A stretch of 63,811 bases of DNA, the filler included, from Octopus bimaculoides (Eukaryota), in assembly GCF_001194135.2 (NCBI RefSeq). It is 3 parts of 3 records of this genome, joined end to end, with 100 filler letters (N's around TTAATTAATTAA, not from the genome) between each part and the next. Parts side by side here need not be neighbours in the genome. Positions count along the whole stretch, not along the records: positions 21,138 to 38,016 come from NC_068987.1; positions 38,117 to 63,811 come from NC_069002.1; 1 more part is not named here. One strand, written 5' to 3'. Below are positions 35,109-48,269 of this stretch, in pieces; position 1 is the first letter of the stretch; each line of letters begins with the position of its first letter. The notes below the pieces were generated by a model that saw nothing but the letters and a program-made list of their open reading frames with translations, ran no database searches and was not told the origin of the DNA. The position numbers were made by a program, and so were the translations under genes.

Positions 35109-35605
35109 TTGTTTGAATGTGTTTATTTTCATCGTATACATGTACGTGCGCATGTGTGTGTGCGTGCGTGCGTGCGTGTGTGTGTGTGTGTGTGTGCGTG
35201 TGTGTGCGAGTGTATGCGTGTGTGTGTATGTATGTGTGTGTGTAAGTGTGCGTGTGTGTATGCATGCGTGTGTATGTGTACGTGTGTGTATGCGAGTGTG
35301 TACGCGGGTATGTCTGTATGTGTGTGTGCGTGTGTATGCATGTGTGTGTCCGCGCGTGCGTGTGTGTATGTATGTGTGTAAGACTGTGTGTGCGTGCGCG
35401 TGTGTATGCGTGTGTGCGTGTGTTTGTGTGTGTGCGTACGTGTGTGTATGCGAGTGTGTACGCAGGTATGTCCGTATATGTGTATGTGCGTGTTTATGTC
35501 TGTGTGTGTGTGCGTGCATATGCGTGTGTGCATGTGTGTGTATGTCTGTGTGTATGTTTGTGTGTGTGTGCGCGTATGTGTGTGTGTGTGTGTGCGTGCG
35601 TACAT
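35109..35605. repeat. ~500-bp alternating purine-pyrimidine compound repeat (GT/GC/AT)
   Basis: Direct inspection. Confidence 0.9.
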
Positions 35606-35715
35606 GAATAGGTGTGTATGGGGATGGATAGTACAGGTTGAATCTTTGTGGCTCTTGAAGAACTCTCTGAAACCTATGTTGGTAAATGAAACTCGACATA
35701 TATTACGTCACGTGT

Positions 35716-35928
35716 CGGCGGTGAGCTGAAACGCCAGACGAACTGTTTAGCGGCAGTTCTTCCAGCTCTTTACGTTCTGAGTTTCAATTCCACAGAAACC
35801 GACTTTGCCTTTCATCGCTTCAGGGTCAATAAACTAGATACCAGTTGCGCACTGGGGTTAATGTAATTGACTGGCGACCAGCAATTAAAAAATGTCAGTT
35901 CTTCTACTTATAATAGAAAGAATTATGT
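35716..35928 (+). mobile_element. Diverged Meta-like SINE (tail B)
   Basis: GGCGGTGAGCTG head, TTACGTTCTGAGTTTC, GACTTTGCCTTTCATC, ATAATAGAAAGAATTAT tail. Confidence 0.75.
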
Positions 35929-36349
35929 TAAACCACGTCAATATGATATCATTTCTATCTCAAAACAGATATTGATCTAATGCTTTTTTTTAACAACCCA
36001 CGAATAAATTGATTTCGAAAACTATTCGTTTTTGGACTGGCACGAACTGAGACTGTGTTTTGAAGCAGTAATGTAAATCGAGAATGGATTAACTAAAATG
36101 GAAGGGGGNNNNNNNNNNNNNNNNNNNNNNNNNNNNNNNNNNNNNNNNNNNNNNNNNNNNNNNNNNNNNNNNNNNNNNNNNNNNNNNNNNNNNNNNNNNG
36201 GGGGGGGGGGAGTTCTTGGAGATGAAAAACACTCTGCACTCCGACCGAAATTAAAATTCACTAAGGAAGTCACTCAAGAATTTAGCTGTGACGAATTATT
36301 TCAATGAATGTGATCTTTACTTTCATTCCTCCCACACCCATCCCCACTC

Positions 36350-36500
36350 CGTTCTGGGTTTCAAGGCAAGCAATTTTGAGCGGAGGGAACAAGTCAGTTA
36401 CATCGATCTTCTCCATTTGACAGGTACTATATTATATCGACCTCGATGGAAGGCAACGTTGATCTCGGCAGGATTTGAACTCAGAACGTAAAGAGATGGA
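36350..36500 (-). mobile_element. Old Meta-like SINE fragment
   Basis: CAAGGCAAGCAATTTTGAG tail and GGATTTGAACTCAGAACGTAAAG. Confidence 0.65.
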
Positions 36501-36597
36501 AAGAAAGTTTCTTAAGAGTTAAAAAAAAAAATTAATGTATGATTGAAGTTAAATTAATATTTTTTCTTTATGGATATTTGGTAATAGAATGATGTTA

Positions 36598-36832
36598 GAG
36601 GGGTGGCGAGCTGGCAGAAACGTCAGCACGCCTGGCGAAATTCTTGGTGATATTTCGTCTGCCGTTACGTTCTGAGTTCAAATTCCGCCGAGGTCGACTT
36701 TACCGTTCATCCTTTCTGGATCGATTAAATAAGTACCAGTTATGCACTGGAGTCGATGTAATAGACTTAATCTTTTTGTCTGTTCTTGTTTGTCCCCACT
36801 ATGTTTAGCCCCTTGTGGGCAATAAAGAAATA
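36598..36832 (+). mobile_element. Full-length Meta-like SINE, tail type A
   Basis: Collinear with 1332-1564. Confidence 0.92.
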
Positions 36833-36914
36833 TAATATTAGAAAATTGCTAATTGGTATTTAAATATGCGCTTTGTTCGACGTACTAATGATTCTGCTTG
36901 CTCTCTCTCTCCCT

Positions 36915-37215
36915 CCTCCCTTCTGGAGCTGGAACATTACTATGCCAGCACTTACCATTCTAGCGTCAAATTTAGCCTTTTGTCTCCCATCACTCGTGAA
37001 TACAGCCTCGAGGTACTTCAATTTCTCCACGTGTCTCCACCAGTATGCAGAGTGTGTTGGGAAGAATTTCATGAGCGGACAAATGTCACAGTCTTCACAA
37101 CACTAATTCTCATCACTGCCCTATCGCAGCACTCGGAGGCGAACTCATTCAGTGTATGCTGAAGACCACCACCTGATAAGTCCAGTCGGTGCATGTCTGC
37201 AAATACTTGTCAGCC
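36915..37215 (-). mobile_element. RTE-clade LINE reverse-transcriptase fragment
   Basis: GLQHTLNEFASEC..MRISVVKT..VEKLKYLEAVFTSDGRQKAKFDARMVSAGIVM matches Rex3/Expander-type RT C-terminal motifs. Confidence 0.8.
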
Positions 37216-37687
37216 GATCTTCCAGCTACCAATTGAGAAACCACTGCCAATCCAGTTCATTAAAATTATGAAAAGGAGAGATGACAAGACATTCTCTCCC
37301 TACTGAAGCCCAACGGCTACATTGAAAGGTTTCAAAGTAGCCCCATTTACCCGAACACAAACATCTGGGCATTTGTAAAAGGACTTCACAGCGATCAGAA
37401 AATTCTCATTAATTCTAGATTCTAGCAAAATTTTCCACAGTACGTTCCGCGGAATACCTATGATACAAGAACAAATTACAACTCATAATTATACAATTTT
37501 TTTAAGGACATCTAAGGCTATGTTATCATATGTACTTTTTCCTTGTTTTCTTTTAAGGTGGTACCGCGGAATTTGTGAAGATAAGGGTACTGTCTGTAGC
37601 AAGTCTAGCCACGAGTTCGATCAAGGATTTGACAACGTAAACATAGAAAACTGATATACACACACATATATATGTGTGTGTATGTAT

Positions 37688-38008
37688 AGCGTGGCTCAGT
37701 GGTTAGGGGCATTCGACTCACGATCGTAAAGTCGTGAGTTCAATTCCCAGCGACGCGTTGTGTCCTTGAGCAAGACACTTTATTTCACGTTGCTACAGTC
37801 CACTCAGCTGGCAAAAATGAGTAGTACCTGTATTTCAAAGGGGCCAGCCTTGTCACACTCTATGTCACGCTGAATCTCCCCGAAAGCTACGAGAAGGGTA
37901 CACGTGTCTGTGGAGTGCTCAGCCACTTGCACGTTAATTTCACGAGCAAGGCTGTTCCGTTGATCGTATCAGCTGGGACCCTCGTCGTCGTAACTGACGG
38001 AGTGCTCC
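37688..38008 (+). mobile_element. Full-length CORE-type OR-like SINE
   Basis: A-box TGGCTCAGTGG, B-box GAGTTCAATTCCC, CORE-like motif, 3' GTCGTCGTAACTGACGGAGTGC. Confidence 0.92.
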
Positions 38009-38060
38009 ATATATATNNNNNNNNNNNNNNNNNNNNNNNNNNNNNNNNNNNNNNNNNNNN

Positions 38061-38072
38061 TTAATTAATTAA
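38061..38072. other. Artificial scaffold spacer TTAATTAATTAA
   Basis: N44-TTAATTAATTAA-N44, identical to 21082. Confidence 0.95.
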
Positions 38073-38849
38073 NNNNNNNNNNNNNNNNNNNNNNNNNNNN
38101 NNNNNNNNNNNNNNNNTGAGACGGTGGTTATCTAGAGAATTACGCTTATCAGTCTACACCCATCTTCTATATTCATCGTTTTACAAATACTGCATGTTTA
38201 TATCTTAAAGTCGACATATTAGTTTTCCATAAAAATATTGGTAAACGGTAAGGGAATATTCATTTCAGATAGGCAATCGGGCGGTTTAAAACTTTCAGTC
38301 GGTCAACACCCAGATACTGCTACTGCATAAAGAATAAATAGTAAAGTGTAAAATAACTCTCTTTTTTTTTGTCTTTTCGTTTAATGAATAGCAATATCAT
38401 TCCGATTATGGGAAGTAATTTCATTCTCATCGGAATTTTGAATCTTAGGCAGGTGACGCAATGCAGACACCTACGAGAATTTATGTATGAAAGTATTAGC
38501 AAAACACTTTCCTGTAAGTCAAAAGTTAGATCTTGAGATGTGTTATGATAAATCCCAATTTTGTGAATTCGATCATGAGATGTATCTTCATAAATCTAGA
38601 CTTGTTTAAGCTTTATTAGACCTCTTCAGCCAAATGTTGCCCAACCGTCTTTCGTTTTAGGTATGATGTTAGTTAATTGAAACTATCTGATTCACTCAAT
38701 TACTCATGTTACTACTTACTATAAAATACTAATATGTGAAGTCTTTATATAATTGTTAGAGAACAAAGTGTAACCTATACTTTTAGGAACCTGTTCTCCT
38801 TAAGACATTAAAACGTATTTTATTATCTAGGAAAGCGCCCGGTGTTGAT

Positions 38850-39560
38850 TTTCATCTTAACAATTGTACAGTTTCTCCTTATAACTTTCTTTAATTTTCC
38901 GATAATTTTTTCTTGCAGTTTGTGTGTTATTCTTTTTAGTTTTTCACTGCGGTCCGATTTACGAGTCATTGTCTATTCTCTACTGTATATTTTACTTCCC
39001 AATGTTCTCACAATATTTTTGTTTGTTCATATTGCTACTGCTGTGTCTGTTACTGAGATGTTATTTTAAGTAATATCTCAAAATACATTATTATTTGCCT
39101 CACGTACATCATTCTGCTTCAAGAACCACTAACGTTTTCAAAGTGTCTTATCCACTCTATATTTGCTCGACCATTTATTCACTTGCCTGGCGCCTTTTAT
39201 TTTTAAATGTCACATTTTCTTAATATCTCATGTTATCTTTCTAATTTGTTGTCATGTCATATATCGGCGTCTATAATGTAGAATAGCGAATTAAATACGC
39301 CCCCATCTGTACTCCAACACAGACTTCCCCACTTTCTGCTCTATCTCTTCTTCCTAATCAAGCACGAAATCCACTTCCTCGTCATTCTCCTTTACATCTG
39401 TGTTAGAAAAGTGTTGGTATTGATGATAGTTTTTCGGTTTATCGACTTTCCTTCGATATTTTCATTCAAAAATATCTTCCCTGGATGGAATATTGTGCAA
39501 AAGTCGCATCTGTTTACTTTCGGTATCTTAACTATTTACTCAATACTTGGAGCTCTTTAC
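38850..39560 (-). mobile_element. Highly decayed RTE-like LINE fragment
   Basis: K/R/E-rich reverse-strand remnants in the order expected for the RTE C-terminus; many stops. Confidence 0.35.
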
Positions 39561-42500
39561 CATTTGTAGCAACTTTTAGATCAATATTGTTTTCTTTATG
39601 AAAACCTTGTATAGAAAAACATATTTAACCTTGTTATTCGTGACAATTTCATGTAAATACATAGCAAGGAAGGAAGTCATTTTTTTTATTTCGTCGCTTT
39701 TACGTCTTAAAAATACCGATGTTTTGTCCACGTTGAAGGACATTTTCATGATAACTTTTCTATTTACCATGCAGGTCTACTATGAATTATTAAGATACTA
39801 GAGTGAAATTATTCCAATTGAAGTCTCTTTACAGAATATTTTCAGGGTTTACAGTTGAATAGGTTGGTTTATGGCCTTCGTGTGTGAATGTATATGAGGG
39901 GAATGTTTATGAGGGGAATGATTCTACAGATAAATTGTGCCTCCCGTTGAGCTTCATGGGAGCGCTCGTGATTTTCTAAATCACAGATGCTGCCAGAAGT
40001 AGCTGGTCCATAAGTCATAAGTTCTGCATCAGTGAACTTGTGTCAAAACACCAGCATATTGTGAGGCATAAACGTGAATATGTTTTAGTCATTTTTGCTC
40101 GTGGTTTGGGGTAGATGCTTCTTAATAGATAATCTTATTGTTGTTGCTGGCGTTGCTTTTGTTTTTGCTTTTAATGTTACATGAAGTTAGTGCTGAATCA
40201 GCTTTTCACAATATCTTTTTTTCATTTAATATTTGTTTTTAAAATGTTTTTCATTACTGACTCAGTTTCTTTTGTTTTGTTTGACTGCATTTTGTAACAA
40301 ATAGCGATGTGGCTCTGTTGAATTTGGAAATCAACATTCAGCTGTTTGTTTCGACGGATCTATTTGGTTTATAACTCCCAATGTAAGCTTTTCTTATTTT
40401 TCCTGTGCATGTTTTGTGGTGCAATTTTATTGCACACACTCACATCATGTTTGCTTGAACGTGTCGGGGGAAAACATTCGATAATTTTGTAGGTTTGCTT
40501 ATATTGCGATGTCATTAATTTTGTTTCCTTTGTTTTCAGTGAGTAAACGCCAAGAGTTTTTCAAGTTATTAGCATAATATCTTATTGGTAATCATTATTA
40601 TTCTATTATTTGATTTTTATGATTGACTACGTTCAGTAATGTATGAGATTTTGGTTGTCACATAACCTCATATTTCGTCTCCAACTATTTAATGTTTTAA
40701 CCTGTTTAATATCAATTGTAGCCACAGGATGCGTGTATCTAACACTTCGTTGTATTGTACACTGGAGCAGCCAATTTTCCATTATAAATTTCCATTATTT
40801 TAACGGATTCTTGCAGAATAACACTCTTCTGCTGGAATTGAAATTGAGGAACGACAACTCATTTGACATCAGGATTATATAACGTATACACGATAATTTT
40901 CATAAACAATAGGATGACAGTCATATTCATTATTTGTGTGTTGGATCGTTTAGATTTTTCTTTTTCCTTCTTTTTGTAAGTTGCAGTTGGTCTTGGTTAT
41001 ATGCTCTTGACACACACACAGACACACACAGATACACACAGACACACACACGCACGCACACACACACACTCACACACACACACACACACACACACATGTC
41101 TATATTTTATATACCTTCGTACTTTCTTTGAATAGTGTCCTGTATTTGCATATGTTCATTTTTCCTCTATTATAGTATTTCGGGAGGGTCACCTTATTTT
41201 ACTTCTTTGTTATCTTTTCTCAAATAAACACATGCACTATATATCCATTATTCAGTCTTTTCTTATTGTTCTAACTAATCTCCATTGCCTGGAAATCTTT
41301 CGTCTCGCATCTGTGACCTCTTCAGCAAGACTTTCCGTTTTTGTGTGTGCTCTTGCTCTGCTTAAAGATATATGACCATCCCGAAATACAACAATATCTG
41401 TTTCAACACACGGTAACACCTCAGGAAACTTGTAACACAAATTCTTAAACGTGTTTTTACCTTTGATTTCTTATTTAATTATTTATTGATATATATATTG
41501 TGCATGAACTATGACGTATACTAATGTCTCTATTTTCCATTCTATATCGATCTAAATACGTTACACTTTGTTTAATGATGCCGCTAGTGGTAAATTGAAA
41601 TACTATTTCACCTATCAGTTGAAACTTGGCTGTAGTGACTATGTATTTACTGACCATTCTGCACATTAACCGCGTATCTTTCGATCCAGACACACTAATT
41701 AGCATTTTTCTTTCTTTTTCCTCCCTTTCCCCTCTTTCTTACACTATCCACCACTTTCTTCTTTGCCGTCATCCTCTCCTTGTCCTGTTGTGTTTCTTCT
41801 TCTTCTTCTTCTTCTTCTTCTTCTTCTTCTTCTTCTTCTTCTTCTTCTTCTTCTTCTTCTTCTTCTTCTTCTTCTTCTTCTTCTTCTTCTTCTTCTTCTT
41901 CTTCTTCTTNNNNNNNNNNNNNNNNNNNNNNNNNNNNNNNNNNNNNNNNNNNNNNNNNNNNNNNNNNNNNNNNNNNNNNNNNNNNNNNNNNNNNNNNNNN
42001 NNNNNNNNNNNNNNNNNNNNNNNNNNNNNNNNNNNNNNNNNNNNNNNNNNNNNNNNNNNNNNNNNNNNNNNNNNNNNNNNNNNNNNNNNNNNNNNNNNNN
42101 NNNNNNNNNNNNNNNNNNNNNNNNNNNNNNNNNNNNNNNNNNNNNNNNNNNNNNNNNNNNNNNNNNNNNNNNNNNNNNNNNNNNNNNNNNNNNNNNNNNN
42201 NNNNNNNNNNNNNNNNNNNNNNNNNNNNNNNNNNNNNNNNNNNNNNNNNNNNNNNNNNNNNNNNNNNNNNNNNNNNNNNNNNNNNNNNNNNNNNNNNNNN
42301 NNNNNNNNAGATGATAATACATGGACAGATAGGTAAACGCAAGTTGAGGATTGTCAAACATAATGATAAATTGTCAGCATTGAAGGAAATATGTATTGCA
42401 GTAAGTATGCATATTTAAAAGTTATTTCAATCTAAACAAATGAATTGATAAATAGATACACATTAATTGTGAGACAGATATACAGACAAACAAACATACA

Positions 42501-43149
42501 TAAATTGAAATATAAATCTAGGTGGAATATTGTAATTCAATAAAAGTTATTTAAATAATTAAAATGAACCTCCTTGACTCGAGAGATAATTTCTCTTTAC
42601 TTCCACTTCATAAATAGGACTGGAACAAATAAAAGAATTAAAAAACTATATCTCTTTTAACATAATTGATATGGACGTGTGTACATAGTTAAAATTATTT
42701 AAAAGCTCCGAAGTGTGTATGAGTGTGTGCGTGAGTGTTTGTGTGTGTGTGCGTGAGTGTGTGTGTGCCTGCATATATGTGTGTAACTGTGTGTGTGTCT
42801 CTATGTGTGCATGTGCGTGTGTGCATATTTCTGCGTTTGCATGTGTATGCGTGTGTGTTGGCGTTTACACGTGTGTGTATGTTCGCGTTTGTTCGTGTAT
42901 GTGTGTGTGTATTTTGGCGTTTGTACGTGTGCATGGCTTTGCTTATTGACACGCTAGATATTTATTCAGAAGATGTTACGAATAATTTCTCAAACTTACA
43001 TTTCCCATCTATTTTCGTGTACATAAATGTATAAATGTTATACTTACACAAACACAAATATATATAGCTATTTAATAAGTGTCGGTGCATATATATAATA
43101 AGATAAGAAAATAGAGAAGTAATTAATAGATTATTATTCATTAAACAAA

Positions 43150-44500
43150 AAATTGACAAACATACCTTACAGCTGTTTCAATTTCAGACATTCAGAAACT
43201 TAAATTAAAAAAATTTAAATTATTTGAAAGTCAAATCTCTTAAGAAGTAGTTTAAGATAAACAGAATAGCTGTTCCATTCCTGCATCTTGAGTAAACGGC
43301 TGTAAACTGTTCAATATTAAAATTTATACATAAAGAACATAGTATAAAACATGGTATAGACCTTAAACGGGGGAGTAAGGTTGTGTATTCTGGAGTTGTA
43401 AGTTAAGAATATAGCAATAAATTCATCTAGAGTGTTATGTAAAAGAAAAACTCATTCAAGTAGATATAATTGGTAAAATATCATATTGTAATATTATGTC
43501 CATCCGTATTAAACCAATAGAAAATTAGAATGTAGGGTTGAATTCAAGTGTGTATGGCTATTATTAATATTTACTTAAGGTGGAGGACATTCCAGGCAAT
43601 CTATTACTAGTTATAAATACAAGAATAAAGGGAAATATATAAAACAAAATAGAGTAAAGAGTAAAAATAGAGAAGAATAAATATATGAAAAAATGACTTA
43701 CAAAATATTACCTTTTAACCCTTTAAAAAACTATTATTGATCTCGACTAATAAAGATGAAGAACTATTGGGCTAACATTTTTTAAAAATCAGATATGCAG
43801 CGTTCCCTTGGTGAGATACCGGATGTAAATATGTTAAGAGGCTCAGGTAAGTAGATATAGTATTTAACATAAATAAATACATAAGAATTTAAGGGGACAA
43901 ATATATGCTAATAAAAGAAATAATAAGGGCTTAAATACAGGTCAATTTAACAAATTGAATTAAAACTTATTAATAAGATTATTTAAATAGTTAAATATAA
44001 ATCCATCAAAACCGGTAGCAGGTATTAATATAGAGGTGAAGAGCTAAAGAATAGCTGGGAATAATTTTAATTAGGGATATACCAAACCGAAACCAGTTAG
44101 GAATAAATATGTATTATTTACAGTGAGTTAGAATATGGCTACAGGTTTGGTTCATATAGTACAATTATTTTAATTTTGAGCTGAAGAACTAATGAAAAAC
44201 TAGGATCAATTTAAATTAGGAACATACACAAAATGAGACACCGTAAATGTAAACATTCATACAAGGAGATAAAAGGCCGTAATAGATTTACAGTATACGA
44301 GAATGAAATACGTTGAAAGAGAGAGAGGGGGATAGAGAAGAAATATAAAAATAATTATGCTTGCTAGGAGATGGGTAAAAGTCCAATGTAATTATAGTAT
44401 GCAAGAACTGAACACCTATTCTGTATATCTTAAACAGTTTAAGGGATGTTTGTCAATTTTTTAAGTAATAATTTATTTATTACCTCTCTATTTTCTTATC
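43150..44500 (-). mobile_element. Probable old Penelope-associated non-coding repeat
   Basis: Shares GAAACAGCTGTAAG and an ATAAAGGGAAAT...AGAGTAAA..AAAAAT segment with 28105-28320. Confidence 0.35.
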
Positions 44501-46099
44501 TTATTAAAATAAAAATATATATATAAACCATGGGTTATATAGTTACCCTGCAGTTGAGAATTAACTGTAATGTCCAACATTCTTTGAATAGGTAAATAAC
44601 CAGTACTTTCAAAGGAGTTTGCTATCCCTGAATGAGGTTTATTAAATCTGAAATCAGTGCTAATAAGACTCCATCTCGCTTGCCGTAGGGAGGGAGCTTG
44701 TCTCCTTTGTCAGTTGTTTCAAAAGTGCTCTCACTTGGATAACAGTTGTTTTTACTCTTATTTCTAGCAATGCTAGTGCTATAGAGCACCCTCCCTCACT
44801 TAAATGACGACTAATCTTGTTGCATTTCGTTTGTAAATTGCGAATAGCCACCTTAACAAATGATATACGTACATACATACATACATACATACATATACTC
44901 AGATGTAGAAAAGTATTCGTTTGTGAAAGCGACTGTGCACTTGGGTATAGCTTTGTGTATAAGTGTGGTTTACAGTGTCACGTTTAGAGTTTGACTTCAA
45001 ATTTAATAAATAAATTAAATTAGAATACGAGTTCGTTTATGTGTCTTTTTTCTATTTTATTGCACTGTCCATTATTTCCTACACCGGAATTGTAATTACA
45101 GTTATATCAACCCCATGAAAGTCCGTAATAAATATCCCCTCCAACAGTTTACTCGCTCAAAATCATTAAATATTGAATCTTAGTGCCACTTGCAGAAGAA
45201 TTATTAAACAGGTTACATTTCAATATTTATCTCATTGTTATTTAAAGTATGATTCAGTGTATAGAGATTGTACGCAATAAAATATGTTGAATTACATTAA
45301 CTTTACAATAGACAATCTTCATTCACTAAGGTACGTCGATAAAATTATTCCTTGTAATAAATACGGAAAGAAACATCTGTCAAGCAATATATAACATTCC
45401 TAACACAAATTTATCAACATACTAAACATATACAGTGACTGCAAGAGCTCAATTCAAGCAACTCCGCCATTCTTTTATTGAATTACCATCATAAATTACC
45501 AACACAGAATTAGCAGCACCTGAAAACACAAAGAGAACATCCTAAGGCGTTTCTGTTGAAATATACCAAAGAGCGAATAAACCTGATTACAAATAGTTCC
45601 CTATTTATTTCTATCACATCGGCCTCCAGCACCTCCCTATCTCTTATCTAATTGCAACAACATAGATTAATTTATATTTGTTAATTTATTAAGGCTGGAA
45701 GCCGGTAGAATCTTTAGCATTGCAGGGGAAATACTTAACGGCATTTCGTCCATTTTTAGGTTCTGGATTCAAATTCCCTCACATTGAGGCAATAAAACAA
45801 TTACCAGTTAAGCACTGCGTTTGATGTAATCGAATTACCCCGTTCTCTGAAGAGAAGTTTGAGAAGTATCTTGCAGATATATTCTACTTTCACATTATGA
45901 GAGAGGTCATCTAAGTCCACTGGATTACTCAGTGCAATGTATGAAAAAAGGGTAATGCTTTGATGGAAATATTGTGTAACAATGTGCCTTACTTTGGCAG
46001 GATATTAAAAAAAAAACAACCTTTGTCAATCTCTCCTTCAGATGTCTCTTAGCAATCCATACCTTCATAGGTTCAAACGTAGATTAAACTTTAGGCAAT

Positions 46100-46300
46100 C
46101 ATTGAAAGTTCTTGACGTTGTGGTGTGATACACGCGCAGGTGTTTTTTACCCAAAGGAAGTGTCAGATGATGTTCAGAGGCTTTAAATCCAATGTTGTTT
46201 TTCATCTCGGGAAATAAAAGTTCCAGCAAGCATACGCTTCCAGAAAGGTGCAATTTCGTCGACATTGTATAATTCATGCTGGTGTGTAGCCCCCTTTGGC
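46100..46300 (-). mobile_element. Tigger/pogo transposase fragment
   Basis: YNVDEIAPFWKRMLAGTFISRDEK / GFKASEHHLTLPLG matches FNVDETGLFWK.MP.RTFI..EK..PGFK.AKDRLTLLLG. Confidence 0.85.
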
Positions 46301-46485
46301 AATTGTTTTCTTCAAATACTCAAGATAATTATTAGAAATATCTATATGAGCTTTGTGTTGTAAAAATTCATGCGCTTTTTAAACTTTTCAGACCAGATTT
46401 TATTAGTCAAAAACTGGTTGTTGTTAGTTTCACTAGATTTTATAGAATTCTCGACTCTTGCACTTCTAACGTAAGACACAAACAC

Positions 46486-46520
<35 letters not shown>

Positions 46521-46718
46521 CGCACACACGCACACACGCACACACACACACATATTCATATACAAACACTCGTACACCCTCACACATACAGAAACACACG
46601 TGTCAGTGCACATGCAGATATCTGTTGTAGGCAGTTCGATTTCTTCATGGCAACATTCGTAAGCTGTCGGTATCAGTTGAATTTTATATGCCTTTCTCTC
46701 ACACCTACTTGTAATCAT

Positions 46719-47580
46719 GGAGCCAGGCGTAAGGTACATGCGTATATCGGACGAAGAAAGACAAGGCTGGTCGACGTCTTTGAGGGGCATCAAACCGATT
46801 ACCTGCAACTAGCCGACACACTTGGCATTAAAAGGAATCTTGCCCGATCGATAGTAGCGACCTACCTATGGTCTGAGAGGCACTGGAAGTTGCTTAGAGT
46901 AGCTGCACACCACGTTAAAGTTGATGAGAAAATGCGAGCCGAAGACGTCTCTGATGCAAGAAATGCCCCAAGAACTCTGAAAAAGCGTTGTGAGGAGGCG
47001 CATTGGTTCATCAGGGAGGGAGTTGTCGGGCAATGCGATTTCATTGACGAATGTGAGTACAATATTTGGACCAGACTGTCTTTTAGACAAGCCCCTTGGA
47101 GCCTTCCTGTTCACCGAGTTGTCATCCGTCAACGTGAGAAAAACTGCGACTTTCGAGATGTCGGGAGAAATCTGCCTGGTTCACTAATCCATTGCGAACG
47201 ATACCGTTACACGAAACTCCTTCGAGGTATTCTTGGCGGAAATAGTTTAAGCATGTGCCGATATGTACCCAGTGGATGAATACGTCTACTTGATCTACGA
47301 CAACGAATGACCACACATTCGCACCGACCGCCTAGCCTACGCCGACCCACGGATCAGTCTGAAACACCTGCCTCCCAACTCGCCGTTACATAATTGTACA
47401 GAAATGGCGCATTCTGCAGAAGAAGCCAGCATGACCATGGAAGAATGACGACCACATGTCATACAACAGGTGACAATGCGTAACATGGACGCTATCACTC
47501 CAGAAAATTGTGCTTGTTGGTATAGACACACCCAGATCTATCTCCTGAGATGCCTCGACCGCCAGGAAATAGACAGCTAA
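46719..47580 (+). mobile_element. Tc1/IS630-like DDE transposase pseudogene with an internal deletion
   Basis: HTH YLQLADTLGIKRNLARSIV; FIDECEYNIW; IYDNE*PH; LPPNSPLHNCTE (33 residues D to E in this copy); stops and frameshifts. Confidence 0.85.
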
Positions 47581-48223
47581 ATCATCTCAAAGAATCTCTC
47601 CATATCAAGACTGTAAATAAATAAATAATTATCTTAGTGAATATAGCACCCTTTCCCTGATGAATGAGAGAAATACAAAATCAAAGAAATATAGACATTT
47701 CCCAACAAGACATATAATGCAACAGAAGAACACACATCACAACATAATGTATTCAAAGAAAATGAGCATTTGTTGTAATTGTGAGTTTCATGAAAAAGAT
47801 TGAAAAGTGTGAATATACAGAAAAGACATGGGTATGATAGAGTGCTTAAAGCATAAAGGATGGATGAAAAAATTGATTATGATGACAATGATCATGAGAT
47901 AAAGTCAAAACCGATATCGTGCTAATTTGATTGCTCAATAAGACACTTCCTCGCATTCCGACTAATTTGAATGCTCACGAGAGGCATTTTCATTTGAATG
48001 ATGTAAATGCTAAATTCTTTAACCGAATTGCGAAATTGAATGATCAAAAACAGAATTTGAATCACTAACGTCATGGTGCTAATTTTATTTCGCGACTTTG
48101 AATAACCCAATTATCAAATTGAATGACCAACAAATGACAATGATTGCACAAACCTATGGGATAGTAACTTTTCTTATGTATATTCGAAATGTTTCCTGTA
48201 AACGAAATGAAAGGACATATATG

Positions 48224-48269
<46 letters not shown>

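Noticed and set aside
37438-37592. Possible Tigger-like MITE (CAGTAC...GTACTG with TTCCGCGG repeats)
   Set aside because: The left TIR would need a large deletion and there is no TA duplication
37688-37760. tRNA-like A and B boxes (also at 26046 and 27985)
   Set aside because: These are SINE heads that continue into SINE bodies; no complete cloverleaf
41530-41640. DRY motif suggesting a GPCR TM3
   Set aside because: No preceding Cys, polar KQ inside the supposed helix, wrong spacing, and no other TM segments
44615-44660. CTGAATGAGG...GAAAT hammerhead-like string
   Set aside because: Extra base in the core, and stems I and III do not pair
46647-47279. 210-aa ORF as a functional gene
   Set aside because: Internally deleted transposase; the remaining catalytic residues lie in another frame with a stop
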